NCBI GenBank assembly: GCA_973895155.1
Contig: OZ316892.1
Span: 15,058,861 to 15,122,860 of the forward strand
Direction: 5' to 3'
Length of the DNA stretch: 64,000 nucleotides
Source of the DNA: Marsupella aquatica
Lineage: Eukaryota > Plantae > Marchantiophyta
Below are positions 36,290-48,846 of the stretch, in pieces. Within the stretch, counting starts at the first letter, position 1, and each line of letters opens with the position of its first letter. The notes beneath the pieces are model-generated. The model did not search any database, was not told the DNA's origin, and was given only the letters and a program-made list of their open reading frames with translations. Both the position numbers and the translations under genes were made by a program.

Positions 36290-39200
36290 CTACAACTGCA
36301 AAACTTGCAAAGTAGCACGGTGTCTTGAAAAACTCTCCAAAGGAATCACTTTGGTAAAGGCATCAACGGGATTGAGTTTTTCATCAATCTTGACTAGCTC
36401 AAAAGTTTTATCAGACACTGCTTGCCTGATAAAATGGTACCTGATATCAATGTGCTTCACCCTGCTATCCATCACCTAGTTAGCAGCCAAGTGAAGAGCA
36501 CTCTGACTATCACAATTTAGAGACATTTTGCCATGCTCTAAACCCATCTCCGCGATCAACTTATCCAACCAAATTGCTTCCTTTGCTGCTACAACATACT
36601 CTGCTTCTGTAGTAGACTGAGATATACTCTTTTGCACTTAGGTAAATTTCCAACTGATACATCCTCCAAGAGTAAATACATACCCAATTGTTGATCTCCT
36701 CGTGTCCAGACAGCCTCCATAGTCAGAATCTACATAGCCAACTAACGTTCTATCTGATCTGGCATCAAATAGTAATCCATAGTCCTGTGTTCCCTTCACA
36801 TACCTGAGAATCCATTTCATAGCTTCCCAATGTACCTTCCCTGGATTTGACATGAATAAGCTAACCTTGCTCATCGCTAGGGCCAAGTCAAGCCTAGTAC
36901 AAGTCATCAAATACATCAGACTGCCTACTGCCTTCTCATAAGGAATCTTAGCCATCAGACCTTTCTCCACAGCATCCATAGGAGAGAAAGCCAATGATAA
37001 CTTGAAGTGTGAAGCTAAAGGAATACTCACTGGCTTACAGTTTTCCATGTTGAATCGTGCAAGTACTTTCCTCGCATACTGGCCTTGACTCAAGCACAAC
37101 TGTCCAGTATCAGAGTTCCTAAAAATCTCCATCCCTAAGATCCTCTTGGCCTTACCAAGATCTTTCATCCTGAATTCAGAACTCAATTTGTTTTTGAGTT
37201 TGTCAACCTCAGATTGATCTTTAGCCACAATCAACATGTCATCCACATAGATAACCAGAATGATGAAACCAAATACATCATTCTTGACTTTTTTCATATA
37301 CACACAAGGATCATACACCATCCTTGTAAAACCTTGAGCAAGCATGAAATCATCAAACCGCTTGTTCCACTGTCTGGGAGATTGCTTCAATCCATACAAG
37401 GGCTTGAGCAATCTGTAAACTAAGTTCTCTTAGCCCTTCTTCATAAAGCCTACTGGTTGTCTCATGAAGATCGTCTCTTCCAAGTTGCCATAGAGAAAAG
37501 CAGTAACAACATCCATCTGATCCATCACCAGACCAAAAAACACAACAAGCTGACACAAGATCCGAATTATGGAATACTTAGCCATCGATGAAAAGACCTC
37601 ATTGTAATCCACTCCTTTCTCCTGAGTGAATCCCTTGGCAACAAGCCTTGCCTTGTAGATCTTATCTCCATCCTCTGAAGGACTGTCATTCCACTTGTAA
37701 ATCCACTTGTTGTCCACCACTTGCTGACCTCTTGGAAGCTCCACCAGCTCCCATGTCTTGTTGTCACTCAAAGATTGTAACTCCCTCTGCATTGCTGCAT
37801 TCCACTCATGCTTTTGCTCTGAAGCACAAGCCTCACTGTACGAAGAAGGCTCTCATTCTTCCAAGATCAAAGTCATTTCATCATCATCAGGTGCAATGTC
37901 AATATCATCTAGCTTAGATGAGTCTGCCCATTGACCATACCTGGTAGGAGCTTTAGTAGAACGACTAGAAGTTCTTCTAGTAGATGACTCAAGCTGATCT
38001 GTTGCTGCTGCTAGTTGAATTTGAGGTACCCCAGCAACAATCTGCTCCTCTTGTACCATCACAGGAACTGGCTCCAAACCCGAAGCTTCTCTATCTCTCT
38101 TGTCATGAACAGCATCATGACTAATCTCCCCCTCAACCCGCTCTGGGATGGAAGATTTCCCCTTGTCAGTATGGGAGTCCTGAGAAGTCTCCCACTCCTT
38201 TGATGATTTGGAGAAAAATTTACCAAATAAGCTGTAGTGTTGACAGCTTCAGCCCAAAACTCATGTGGTAAGCATGATTGACTCAACATACTTCTCAAGC
38301 GTTCCAATAGTGTTTGGTTGAGCCTCTTAGAAACACCATTCTATTGAGGAGTATAATTTGTTGTGAGATGGCGGGTAATGTCCTGCTTCTTACAATACAT
38401 TTCAAATTCCCCGGAACTATACTCCCCGCTATTATTCGATCAAAGATATCTCACCTTATTACCAGTCTGATTCTCAACTTGGGCTTTCCACTCCTTAAAA
38501 GTGGCAAAAACATTGGACTTACTGTGTAGAAAGTATATCCACACATACCTTGAGTAATCGTCTATGAACGTGACATAGTATAACCGTCCAAAATGTGAGG
38601 GAATAGGGGCTGGACCCAACACATCACTATGTACATACTCAAGTACGTCCTTGGTGGTGTGAGTTCCAACTTCAAAGGGTTTCCTGTGCTGCTTCCCAAA
38701 CACACAATGCTCATAGAATTCCAATTTACAAGATTGAAAATTAGAAAGTAATTTATTTTTTTGAAGAAAGCCAAACCTTTTTCACTCATGTGGCCCAAAC
38801 GGAAGTGCCACAGCCGGGCCGTTTCCTCATGAGACAAGGTTACATTGGCTTCATCACAGACTACAGTGCCCTCCAAAATGTATAAATTGTTATAACTCTT
38901 TCCCTTCAATACAACTTTAGTACTAGTTGAAACCTGAAGAACACCATTAGCAGAACTCTACTGATGGCCATTTTTTTCTAAAACTCCAAGTGAAATGAGA
39001 TTTTTCATCATGCTGGGAATATGTCTCACATTCGGACTCAACGTTCTCACAGCACCATCAAACATCTGAAATCTAATAGATCCAAGTCCAACTACTTGAC
39101 ATGAGATTCCATTTCCCATCAACACTGACCCATTGGAAACCGTGTAAGAACTGAAAAAATCTCTCCTAGAGCAAATATGAAAAGTACATGCACTATCTAG

Positions 39201-40316
39201 AATTCAGTCATCACTACCTGGATTTGACACTACGTTGAGAGCATAACTTTGGCATCACAATATGTCATCATAATCGAGTAAATCTACCTCATGCGAGCTT
39301 GATGTCGCGTTAGCTGATGCAGTAGGGTCCTTTACTCGACAATCCCTTTTTTATGTGGCCAGGCTTGCCACATCTTCAACATGCAAGAGGCTTCCTCTCT
39401 TGCGATTTCCTTCTGGATTTAGATCTCCCACGTGATGTAGATCTAAACCTGTTCTGCCCATTCGTGCGCTCCGCTGGTCTTCCCCGGTTCACGTTCAGCG
39501 CAGTGTTAGAAGAGAGATGTTGTCTGTGCTTGATCCAGCTTCTTCTGAGCATCATCAGACAATAATGAACTCACCACCTCATTATACAAAATGGACTTCA
39601 GATCTCTATACAAGAGTACCTGTTTCAAGCCCTGATAAGACGGCGGTAAGGAGCTTAGCAGAAGCAAGGCCTTATCCTCATCTTCAAAGTCTCCCTTTCC
39701 CAGGTTTGACAGATTCACCGCTAGACTATTAAACTCATCCAGGTGATCCTGTAGCTTGCTCCCTTCCTTGAGCCTGAGGCTCATCAAGAGAGACTTCTTG
39801 TACAGCCGACCTGACGCATCTTTCCGGTAGTACTTCTCTCTTAGAGCCTTGAATAGTGACGCATAATCCGCATAATCATCCAACTTCTTGATGATGTGCG
39901 GCTTGAGATAAAGCATCACTGTATTGACAGCAATCACCTGCTCCTGTCTCCACTGCTTGTCTGAGATCTCCTCTTCTCCATCATACTGCTATCGCGAAGA
40001 GAGCAGATGAGGTAAGCCCATGGCCCGAAGAAACACCCTTCACTTGCTTCTCCCAGAGCAAGTAATCAGTACGACCATCGTACTTCTCCACCTAAAACTT
40101 CACTCCTCCAAATCTAGCCATCTCCCTCTTTTTCCCCACTATCGACAGCTCTGGTAGTAGTACAGCTTCCTCCACTACACGTCGCACCGGTGATCGTACC
40201 GGTGATACTTGTTCCTCCTCAAATAGTAGCAGTTCCTCCTCAGACTCACCGTCTGATCGTCGCGATCTTGAAGCTCCACCGACGCCAATTCTTCCAGTAT
40301 TCTCCGAGTCACTCAT
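36290..40316 (-). pseudogene. Copia gag-pol remnants (gag, zinc knuckle, protease, integrase, RT, RNase H) with many stops and frameshifts
   Basis: LQDHLDEFN; RCGKPGHIKRDC; LDSACTFHIC; LWHFRLGHMSEKG; YVHSDV..YYVTFIDDYSR; YKARLVAKGFTQ; LYGLKQSPRQW; YVDDML; KHIDIRYHFIR. Confidence 0.93.
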
Positions 40317-42225
40317 ATGAGAAAATCATGAAAAAACGTTTTTTTCAAAACTTCTCATAAAACTCAAAACTCAACACCGCCGCGTAGCCCACAAAGCTAG
40401 GAGTCCAATACTGAAAGCCAAAATCAAAATTGAAATTTGACAGAAAAGTTATGCAAATTTTGGTCGGGGTGGGTAAAACCTTGGGAAACTCCCCCATTTT
40501 GACCACCTCAGGGAATAACCAAAATACCAAGTGCAACCCATCATCGGAATTGCAATGTGATCGGTGTGCCGTGTTGCTAAATCCAGTGGCTACCACCTCG
40601 CCAAAAAAGAACCAAAAAAATTATCGTTCGGCACGTAGAATTTTTGTTGGACGGCCAAAAAACAACTCTCTATTTTTTGGGAATATTCCCGCACAGTTCG
40701 ACAGGTCTCACAGGGGGCCGTTCCCCTTGTCCAAGCGGTTAAAATGGAGGGTCACCTGGCCCGAGAGAGCCAATAGAAGAGCCAGAAAAAAAACAAAATT
40801 TGGCCCTTAAAAGGGGGGTTTAAGCCCCTTTAAACATAAATACACCCAAAACACACATATGCATTGCACATACGCGAGGCAGTGTACACAGGTGGTGACC
40901 TCCACCGGAAGGAGGCAGGATACGGGGCTCGCGTAGGGCTCACGATCGGGCAAGCAAAGGCGGTGGGAGCGAGACGGAGGGCCGGCTACCGGGGAGGAGC
41001 GGGGCATAGGCGGGCAACATACGTGGGCGGGGCGCGCGCCGGGGCGCACTGCGTACCCCGTATGACACAGATACGGGGCCCAAATGGGAGTTAAAGAGGG
41101 TGCAGGGCCAGCCGAGGGTAAGGAGGTGTGAATACACACCTTATGTGTATACGTATACAGACACCAAAGCCCTCATAATGCAAAAATTAACCCATAAAAA
41201 GTGACCAAATGCGGATTACACACCTGTTGAGCTGCCATTTACACGAGAGAAAATGACGACCACCGACGGGAAAAGTTGCCAAATTACACCAGCGCCGTCT
41301 ACAACTTCAGCACTGTAAAAGCTTCCTCCGCGTCGCGTTCACTCTGTGTCAAGTGCCAAACCCAGGCTCAAAACGACCGCCTCATTGCGATCAAACCGTT
41401 GAGCCATTGCACTTTGCAATTCTTCCACCGAGTTGGACATCACAAAGAGAAACCCAATTCAGATGGGAACAAGCTCCATAGCTTGTGAAAAAACCTGAAC
41501 TCCCCCTTCTGTTGTTACGACGCACTCAATAACAACTCGGCAACAACTCAGCTATTGAAACGACTAGCTTGCTTCAACCTTCAACTTGAGCTACAACATG
41601 CGACACCTCCCGCACCGCACAGCTCACACCGTTGAAAAACGCGAACTCTTGTCTCTCCCCCGAAAACCCGTCGAACACGAGTAAAACCTGAACGACGCAA
41701 ACTTCGATTCCTTCGCACCACGGATACCAATCAACGAGTTCTAACCACCGTTAGAAAGCCCTCTCACTAACCTATCCGCACAGCCACACACATTCGAGTT
41801 TCATGTGACGAAACTCCGAATGTACCATCGACAATGAATGCTGGAAAAACTTGTCACGGAAAAACCTGGTCACCTCCCAGGCATGCTATGATACCACTTG
41901 TTGAGCATAGACGATATTCGCAACTGCAAGCCCATGAACCATCCAACGCACAATAGTTGACACAGAGAGATACGTGGTTCACCTCCACATGAGGCTACGT
42001 CCACGGGAACACACAAGAGCTTTACTGCACTCTAGGCCGACCGGCCATACCAAGCATCCAAAGCACAAGCTCTCCCTATCTCTCAACTAGTTCCGTAACA
42101 ATGAGCCTATGTTCCACCAGGGTCTGGCATTAGCCCTAGCTTAATACACAACAACACTACCGCTAACATTAGCTAAGTCCTAACCCGAGTTAGCCTAACT
42201 GTGGTTAGCTCATGAGTCACAAGAC

Positions 42226-42508
42226 CTCGGGGGGTTGACTATAAAAAATCTTAGGAACCACGTGCGATCCAAAATAGGTATTTTGGATAGAACTTAACAA
42301 AATTTTTAAAAAGCATAGGAAGCAAAAGAAGGTATTATATGAGTTTATAGAATATTCGTTAATATATACAGTTTATAAAGTAAAATAGATCATTAATATT
42401 AAAAATAGAGAATTTTCTTGGAATATTTTCTTTATAAAATAGATCTATTTATATTAGGCTAGGATCGCATGTGGTACCCCAAAATATACACTTAGTTAAC
42501 CCCCCGAG
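42226..42508. mobile_element. 283-bp MITE with 8-bp TSD inserted in the Copia 5' LTR
   Basis: TSD CACAAGAC at 42218-42225 and 42509-42516. TIRs CTCGGGGGGTT(G/A)ACTA, with subterminal inverted similarity (accacgtgcgatcc / ggatcgcatgtggt). AT-rich core. Confidence 0.95.
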
Positions 42509-45107
42509 CACAAGACTAGAGCAATATCTAACAAATATTATTAGACTACACCTCCAGAAGCTAGTACTCAAATGAGCCCATAACCACTCAGACTAGTGGT
42601 CTAGATAACTTTTGCCGATACCCAAAGTGGAAGTTGTCCTAGGATAGGAGAGTTTGGCTCAAATTGCATCCCAGGTAATGTAAACTGTCACTGCTACACA
42701 AATGCACAAAGCCTGAGAGACATGCCTCCAGATCCTTGTGCACGTGTGAATCCATTTTGAACAATCATGTATTGTGCAATTGTCCCCAAAGCTCAGTGCG
42801 CCCACAATTCGTGAAACACTAGTGTAGCACATGCCAAGTTTATCTGAGTATAATTATTTCTCTTAAGGCAGCAGCTAAGTATGTTTCCAAAAGGAAATAA
42901 ATTGAAATCCATAAAAGTCCAAAAAAATTAATTGGGCCAAAAATATAAAAAACATGAAGGGTGGATTGCTCAATTGACATAGATTAGTAGATAAATAGAA
43001 GACCCTACTCAGGCTAATTAATCTATTTATGTTCACCAAGAAAATTGTGATTAGAGAATAGGTTTGAACCAAGGGCGGGAACAGACTTAACCTTGTTCCA
43101 CGTTGTTAATTAAGACGAGGTCAGGCCAGGCTGATTTGAAATAGAAGTTATGCTACAGAGACACACACACCACTGTAGATCCAACGAAGTATATCCACCG
43201 CTGATTTCCTTTTTGGGCAGAGAATCCATCCAGTCCTGGATGAGGACAGTTTGACCAGGGGTCAATGTGACTACAGCTGTAATTGTACTGTAGATGCCTT
43301 TTTTTATTCTAACGCGATGCCTATCATGCGAAAACCAGGGAATCAAATGTGGATGGAGTAGAAGCTTCGACTGCTACCGTGGTCCAACGTGGGTAGATGG
43401 GGGTGGGTGCGCCTTTGCTGTTCCTTTCGCATTAATTTCAATTTACGGAAAAATAATAATTCTTCTAAACTCCAGAAAAAAATCCACCTGTAACCCTAAT
43501 TGTACAATCTTGGCAGCGACATCGCCTGAGGCCGGCGGCGGCTGGCAGGAAGCAGGGTTGAATGCTACACACGATTGATGACCTAGAAGTGTGGGCAAAA
43601 GATAATCGATGCGCAAGCCAAAACAGTGGGCTAGTGAGGCAAAGAAATGAAGAGCACGAAGCTTGATGGCGATGTACCGATCCACCTTCGAGCTCCCTCG
43701 AGCTCCCTCGAGCTCCCTCAGGCAAGCCAGACTATGTTCATCGAAGAAAGCATACGTGAGAGAAAATGAAGATGGAGGAACGCTGGAAGACTCCATACTT
43801 CTGGCACACAGCTTCTCAGCCAAGGCTTTGCCGCAGCTTGTGTTTGTAGTGACAGGACAGCCGAGGCTGATCAAGCACACTCCGAAGTCCGAAGGTATGT
43901 GCCACCTTTGTGAACCGACTGGCAGGTGACGGCAAGGATGAGAAGTTTTCCAACCTCTCCACTGATGCTTCTCGAGGTAGTCGCCGGATCGAGATGCATT
44001 AATGACAATGACACCGATAATAACCTACCGCTGTTCATGTCCGTTCCTAATTGTTCATGGGTACCGCACGCAGCTCTCCCGTTGCCGACTAGATCTTCAA
44101 TCTTCTAGTCAAGGCACACAAACAATGCCTTGAAAACGTGAGTGCAGAATTACGACGGGAATGAATTATCAAAGCCTCATCTCAGCACTGGAGTGTGGGG
44201 ACCAATCGGTACGAAAAAGAAACACGAGTACAGTACCGTAATGATCACTTTTAACAGGCAGGGAAGACAACTATACCGAATCAAAAGAGAAGCTGGAGGG
44301 AAATTGTGAGACGAAGGCAAAGGAGACTCCACGCTTCAGAACGTAGACCTCTCTGCCTCATCTCTCCTCAAGTCGTCATGCAACTCGAGGGCCTTGCGGA
44401 AGAAGCTCACGGCAAACGTTAGGGAGGTTGTGGCAAGAATTTGCACTCTCTCAGCCACCAAGCCAGCGATCCTCCAACTAAACGACTCTCCGGAGAAAAG
44501 GCAGGACCTACCGACCGACCCCAAGCACTTTCCTCCCCAAGTACTTTCCTGAATCAGCTAATCTTACTGGATCGACCGGACCAGAGCTTCTCGTTTTACC
44601 CACCCTTCTAACTTTGCAATTCGTCTCTGGGTGTGACATGGAATTGTACAGATGAGAACACTGGAGCTGGGTGAACAAAGAAATTGAAAAATCCGCAAAA
44701 AAAGTTCGCTAAACACATTGGAGGAATGCAGCATGATTCCTACTCATGTTACAAATCTATCTACCAGTGCTGCTGCTGCCTCCTGCCAGAATCATTCTGG
44801 ACCCTGGGGTGTAAACACACTTTGTACACAAATGAAGAGTTGGTCCCACTTTACAGGCTGTTTTACCGGATGGCAGGGTGCCATTAACCCGGCTCGGCAC
44901 TTTCTAGGAAGTAATGTGATCTACAAGGATGTCGCAAAGGGGAAAGAATAGTAACTTTACAAAACTGTCCCTAAATCTTGATGGATAATGATGCTAAATT
45001 GCGTGCAATCCTTCGTAATGACAAGCACGACTCGTAAAAATGAGGTCGATTGTCCTTAGGAAGGAGCGCAAGCAAAGCCATAAATATGATACGCCGAGCT
45101 GGTTCCC

Positions 45108-48100
45108 TCACTTCGCAGCTGTACGCGGAATGCGATGCTGCGCCATGTTCGACGAAGCAAAATTTTGCTGCTTCTTCAAGAAGTACGCGAAGGAGAGCAA
45201 CGTCTCGTTCTCTTCCACAACCTGAGCAGCGAAATGGCGTGCAACTGCTGGAATGAGCTCCTCCTGCACAAAATCCGCACCGATCATGAGCGAGTCACCC
45301 TTATCAGTAAAATTTCCTTTTCAAAACTAGCATCGAGTGTTTCATCTCATCAAAACTATTATAACAGGCCGTTCAAAAATTCTTTGATAAATTGAGGCTC
45401 CTCTCACTGCAGCAGAGGGGAGGATCTACGATGTCCAGGTTTGGGTACCTTGCGACTGCTTGTCACGTCGGTCAGCTTGTAGACGCGCCGATATCGCTTC
45501 AGGGACGATGTCTGTCGAACGGTAAACAATGAGATTTAGGAGTAAGAAATCAAAATTCCTGTGAGAGCCAAGAGGAAGCTTGCAAGAATGACAAGATGTG
45601 CACACCAAGACTAATAGCCCATAGGGATATATAACATTACAAGGGCGCACCAACTACCCTTCGGATGTGTGTAACTCCAGTCTACCCAACCGATCTTGCT
45701 CAGACCCAGCATGCGGCGCAGTCACTGGAAGATGTGTGACTGACCTCAAGTTTAGAAAGGTCCACTTGCAATGGTCTTCTTGAATTTCTGACCAACGGCA
45801 CTTTGGGTTTTTGTTCGACGTCCTGCGACAAGCAACGAAGATCGAAGGAAGTGCGTCTTAGTGGGGACTAGAGAGACCGCTGAAGGAAACCATCGTATTT
45901 CGTTTGAGCCGATAGGGTCGTAGAGCACGGAACGTAAGTTCTTACCATGGGAGTCGGGTCCGAGTTTGGGTGATTCGTTGCCACCTGTTCTTGCGCTGGA
46001 GGACGGCCTGGCCGCTTCCTGTCTCCAAGTTCTTGGGCATTCTGGATTAAATTTACGCAATTGTCAGCTGATTGCGATGTAAACTTGATGATCGTTCCTC
46101 GGAACGCAAGACTAAAAGTTGACGGCAGAATGAAGACAAGACTTTGCCACTCCAACCACCACTGAGGCTACCGAAGTCTGCCATTTCAGCAAGGAGACGT
46201 TAGAAAAGAAAGTAGACCAATTGAACTAGTCTAGGGGATTCCTCGGACGGTACCTCACGGCAACTGGGGCAGAGGTAAAATGCAGCTGAATCCACTTTAT
46301 TGCCAGCTGCAACCTCACAATCTACATGCACCCATCGACGACATGTACGATTGTCGCAACCAACCCACTGCGCATCACGGAAGATGAAGGTCGAATTGAG
46401 AAAGATCGCTGGTCCCCAAAACGTCTCTTGCAATGTGATTGGAGACTGATGTGAAGATAGCTCAAACAGCTCATATAGCAAGAGTTCAATCTATTCTATT
46501 GTGAAATGTGTAAGCAGCCAGGTAAAGGTACCACAAAACATTACTGCCAGGCAAAATCTAGCCTTGACGAATCCGAACATGCAGGCTAGAACAATATCAT
46601 GCAAAGACAAAGGGTTCATAGACTGCGCGTATGCCCGGCTCTGAGATCCGCAGTGCTACCCCCGTCACGTATGATGCACTGCGACGAGAAGTTCTTAAAA
46701 AACTTACAAGACACAATCATTGTTCGGACTCAAATTTCGGGAAAAAATTCGGCAGGATGCTCATACCCCAACATTACATGGAACCGAGTAAAGACTGACG
46801 ATGATTACAACTTCTAGAGCGATACAGCCAGTGGACATTTTGGTCTGAGCAGATCAGAATACACTACCTCCTTCCCGTCGAAACTATCGGGGTCCTTCTC
46901 GCGGTAGATCTGCACGCAGAATGGGCAGTACTTTCCCTGCAGCCAGACCCAAGACCCCTCTGGAATTGAGATTGACGATGGACATCGACGAAAGGAGGTG
47001 CACAAATTGGTGGAGCTACAAAAGTACCTACGACGGATAGGTGAAACCTTACCTGATCGAAATTGATCTTGCAGGCGTTGCAAAGCGTGACATGCTTAGG
47101 CTCCTCCTCGCTGCCGTAGTTGCGAACGTGCCAGCGGCAAGTCCTGTGAAAAGCCAACACTCTGCTTTCAGCCCTAGAGGGATGCCAACGATTCTACTCC
47201 TAATTTAATCCTCTACAATAATTGAGACCCTTGTCTGCAAGAACTCCCCCTTGTGAGAAAAGGCGGCAGGTCCTTCGTTCCACAATACTAATGCACGAGC
47301 AGTAAGATTCTGTTGTTAGGATGACTCTAGCCGATGCCGATAGAAGCCAGATCCCAATTTGAGACAGCGAGAGGCTCGACAACACAATGTCCGCAGAGTA
47401 AATATCCGTGGCCTTCGACGATAAATTTTGGAGCCGGAGTTAATTCAAGCCTCTGTTAGTAGGAACAGCGGCGAAGGCCGAGAAACAAGGTCAGAGAAGC
47501 CAGATTGTGTATAGGGAGCGGAGACGTCTACAATGCGCAAGTCATGGGTCACAAAGGCTGACGCATAACAATGCATAGAATTTCCGCTTCCGGAGGAAAA
47601 GTACGGCTGTATTGTGGTTCCAGCTTCGGACCCCGTGCTGCTATTAGCCAACTCGATTCATTTAGAAATACCAGCGGACATTGAGCATAAAAATGCAAAA
47701 CCCATTCCAACACGATCTTAGAAATTCTCGGAGGCACGCATTCTCCGCTCCAAAGGAATGAAGAAAATCAAGAAGAACAGCACTGAACGTAGCCCTGACA
47801 AGTTTCAGGGGAAGGAAGGATCTAATCTCACTCGGAAGTCCAGATTATCATCATCGAGGAGATCACAAACGTGACACAACGATGCACTAGAAGACTGACA
47901 ACCTTCGTGCATTGCCAGGCACAGCAAGGGACCACGTCCTCCCTCGAAGGCAGTTGATCTCCAGCAGATCAATGCTCCAAACATGAGACCAAGGTAGACG
48001 CATGCGTTGAAAAAACTGTAAGTCCTGGACAAGGTCTGAGATACACGCAATGCGCGCCTTCGGAAAGTTTGGAGGACTGTTCACAAAGAAGATGATTTCA

Positions 48101-48846
48101 ATGGAATTACATCTCTAGCCGCGGACTAACTCGCAGAAAGAATTCCGCCCATGAGGCAGGAATTGCCGGCTCCCAATTCCTAGATTCACCAGTTCCAGCT
48201 CACAGAATGAGAGCTCCTAGCGAGAAGCACAAGATACGGCCAAGGGGAGAGCGTTCGGAACGTTGCCAGATTTTCTAAGACATACTAATTAAACAAGCGC
48301 AAGCATTGTTTAGAAGAAGCTCATGAGAGGAAAACCAGGCTGCTCGCATGACAGAATCCAGATGACTGCGCGAAGGTCCAGATCAAAATGGAGATGGGAC
48401 TGAGTAATCAGATCTGACGATCCCACAGCATGAAAAGCTTGAGGAGACTCCCGGCTATAATCTCTAGGGGGTTTTGCTATCCGCTGATACTCTACATAAT
48501 CTAATGAACCCGGCTGAATAAGGGCCAACATGACGAAACCTAACCGGCAACCCCGAAACCTCCTCGGTATTTTTGAAATGAGCAGTGAAGCCGCCTGAAG
48601 CAATAGTGTTACCAACAATCATCCCTGGAAGAGTTCCGCAAAATTTAAGAAGGGCCAGTTCGCGTTGCCGTAGTACACTCGAGTCTAATTTCTACTCGGC
48701 AAGGATTTCAGTTCGTCATAATATGATGAAAATATGATGAAAATGCACAAGTACCACAAAATATCCAAATTGGTGAGAACTTACGGTCCATCTCCGGGAG
48801 ATGTCCGCTTGCAGTGGGGATTGGAGCAGAGCTGTGACGTGAGCAT
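45108..48846 (-). CDS. GATA-like zinc finger + PHD finger + AT-hook + SAP30 Sin3-binding domain protein, 8 exons, 242 aa
   Basis: Exons 48846-48785, 47143-47053, 46936-46868, 46367-46254, 46041-45946, 45822-45745, 45511-45449, 45263-45108, all GT-AG and phase-compatible. Motifs CSNPHC..RW..TLCNAC; CPFC..WVGCD..C.RWVH..C..YLCPSC; RKRPGRPP; VDLSKLETSSLKRYRRVYKL..EELIPAVARHF..EENETLLSF. Confidence 0.85.

Larger units (their letters stand above)
35495..42533 (-). mobile_element. Ty1/Copia LTR retrotransposon (Tnt1/Tork-like motifs), full-length but coding-defective
   Basis: 5' LTR 42533-41899. PBS-Met TGGTATCATAGC at ~41885-41896. PPT AAGGGGGATTT at 36097-36107. 3' LTR 36096-35753. Extra PBS/leader/partial LTR at 35752-35495. 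TSD AAGAT/AATAT. Confidence 0.95.

Noticed and set aside
43688-43722. miR159/319 precursor suggested by GAGCTCCCT
   Set aside because: No complementary TTGGACTGAAGGGAGCTC arm nearby; it is a 10-bp triplication.
47200-48620. Extra coding exons in intron 1 of the SAP30-like gene (e.g. CHVC segment)
   Set aside because: Phases do not join exon 2, whereas 48785 to 47143 splices cleanly and completes the finger. Alternative exons cannot be excluded.
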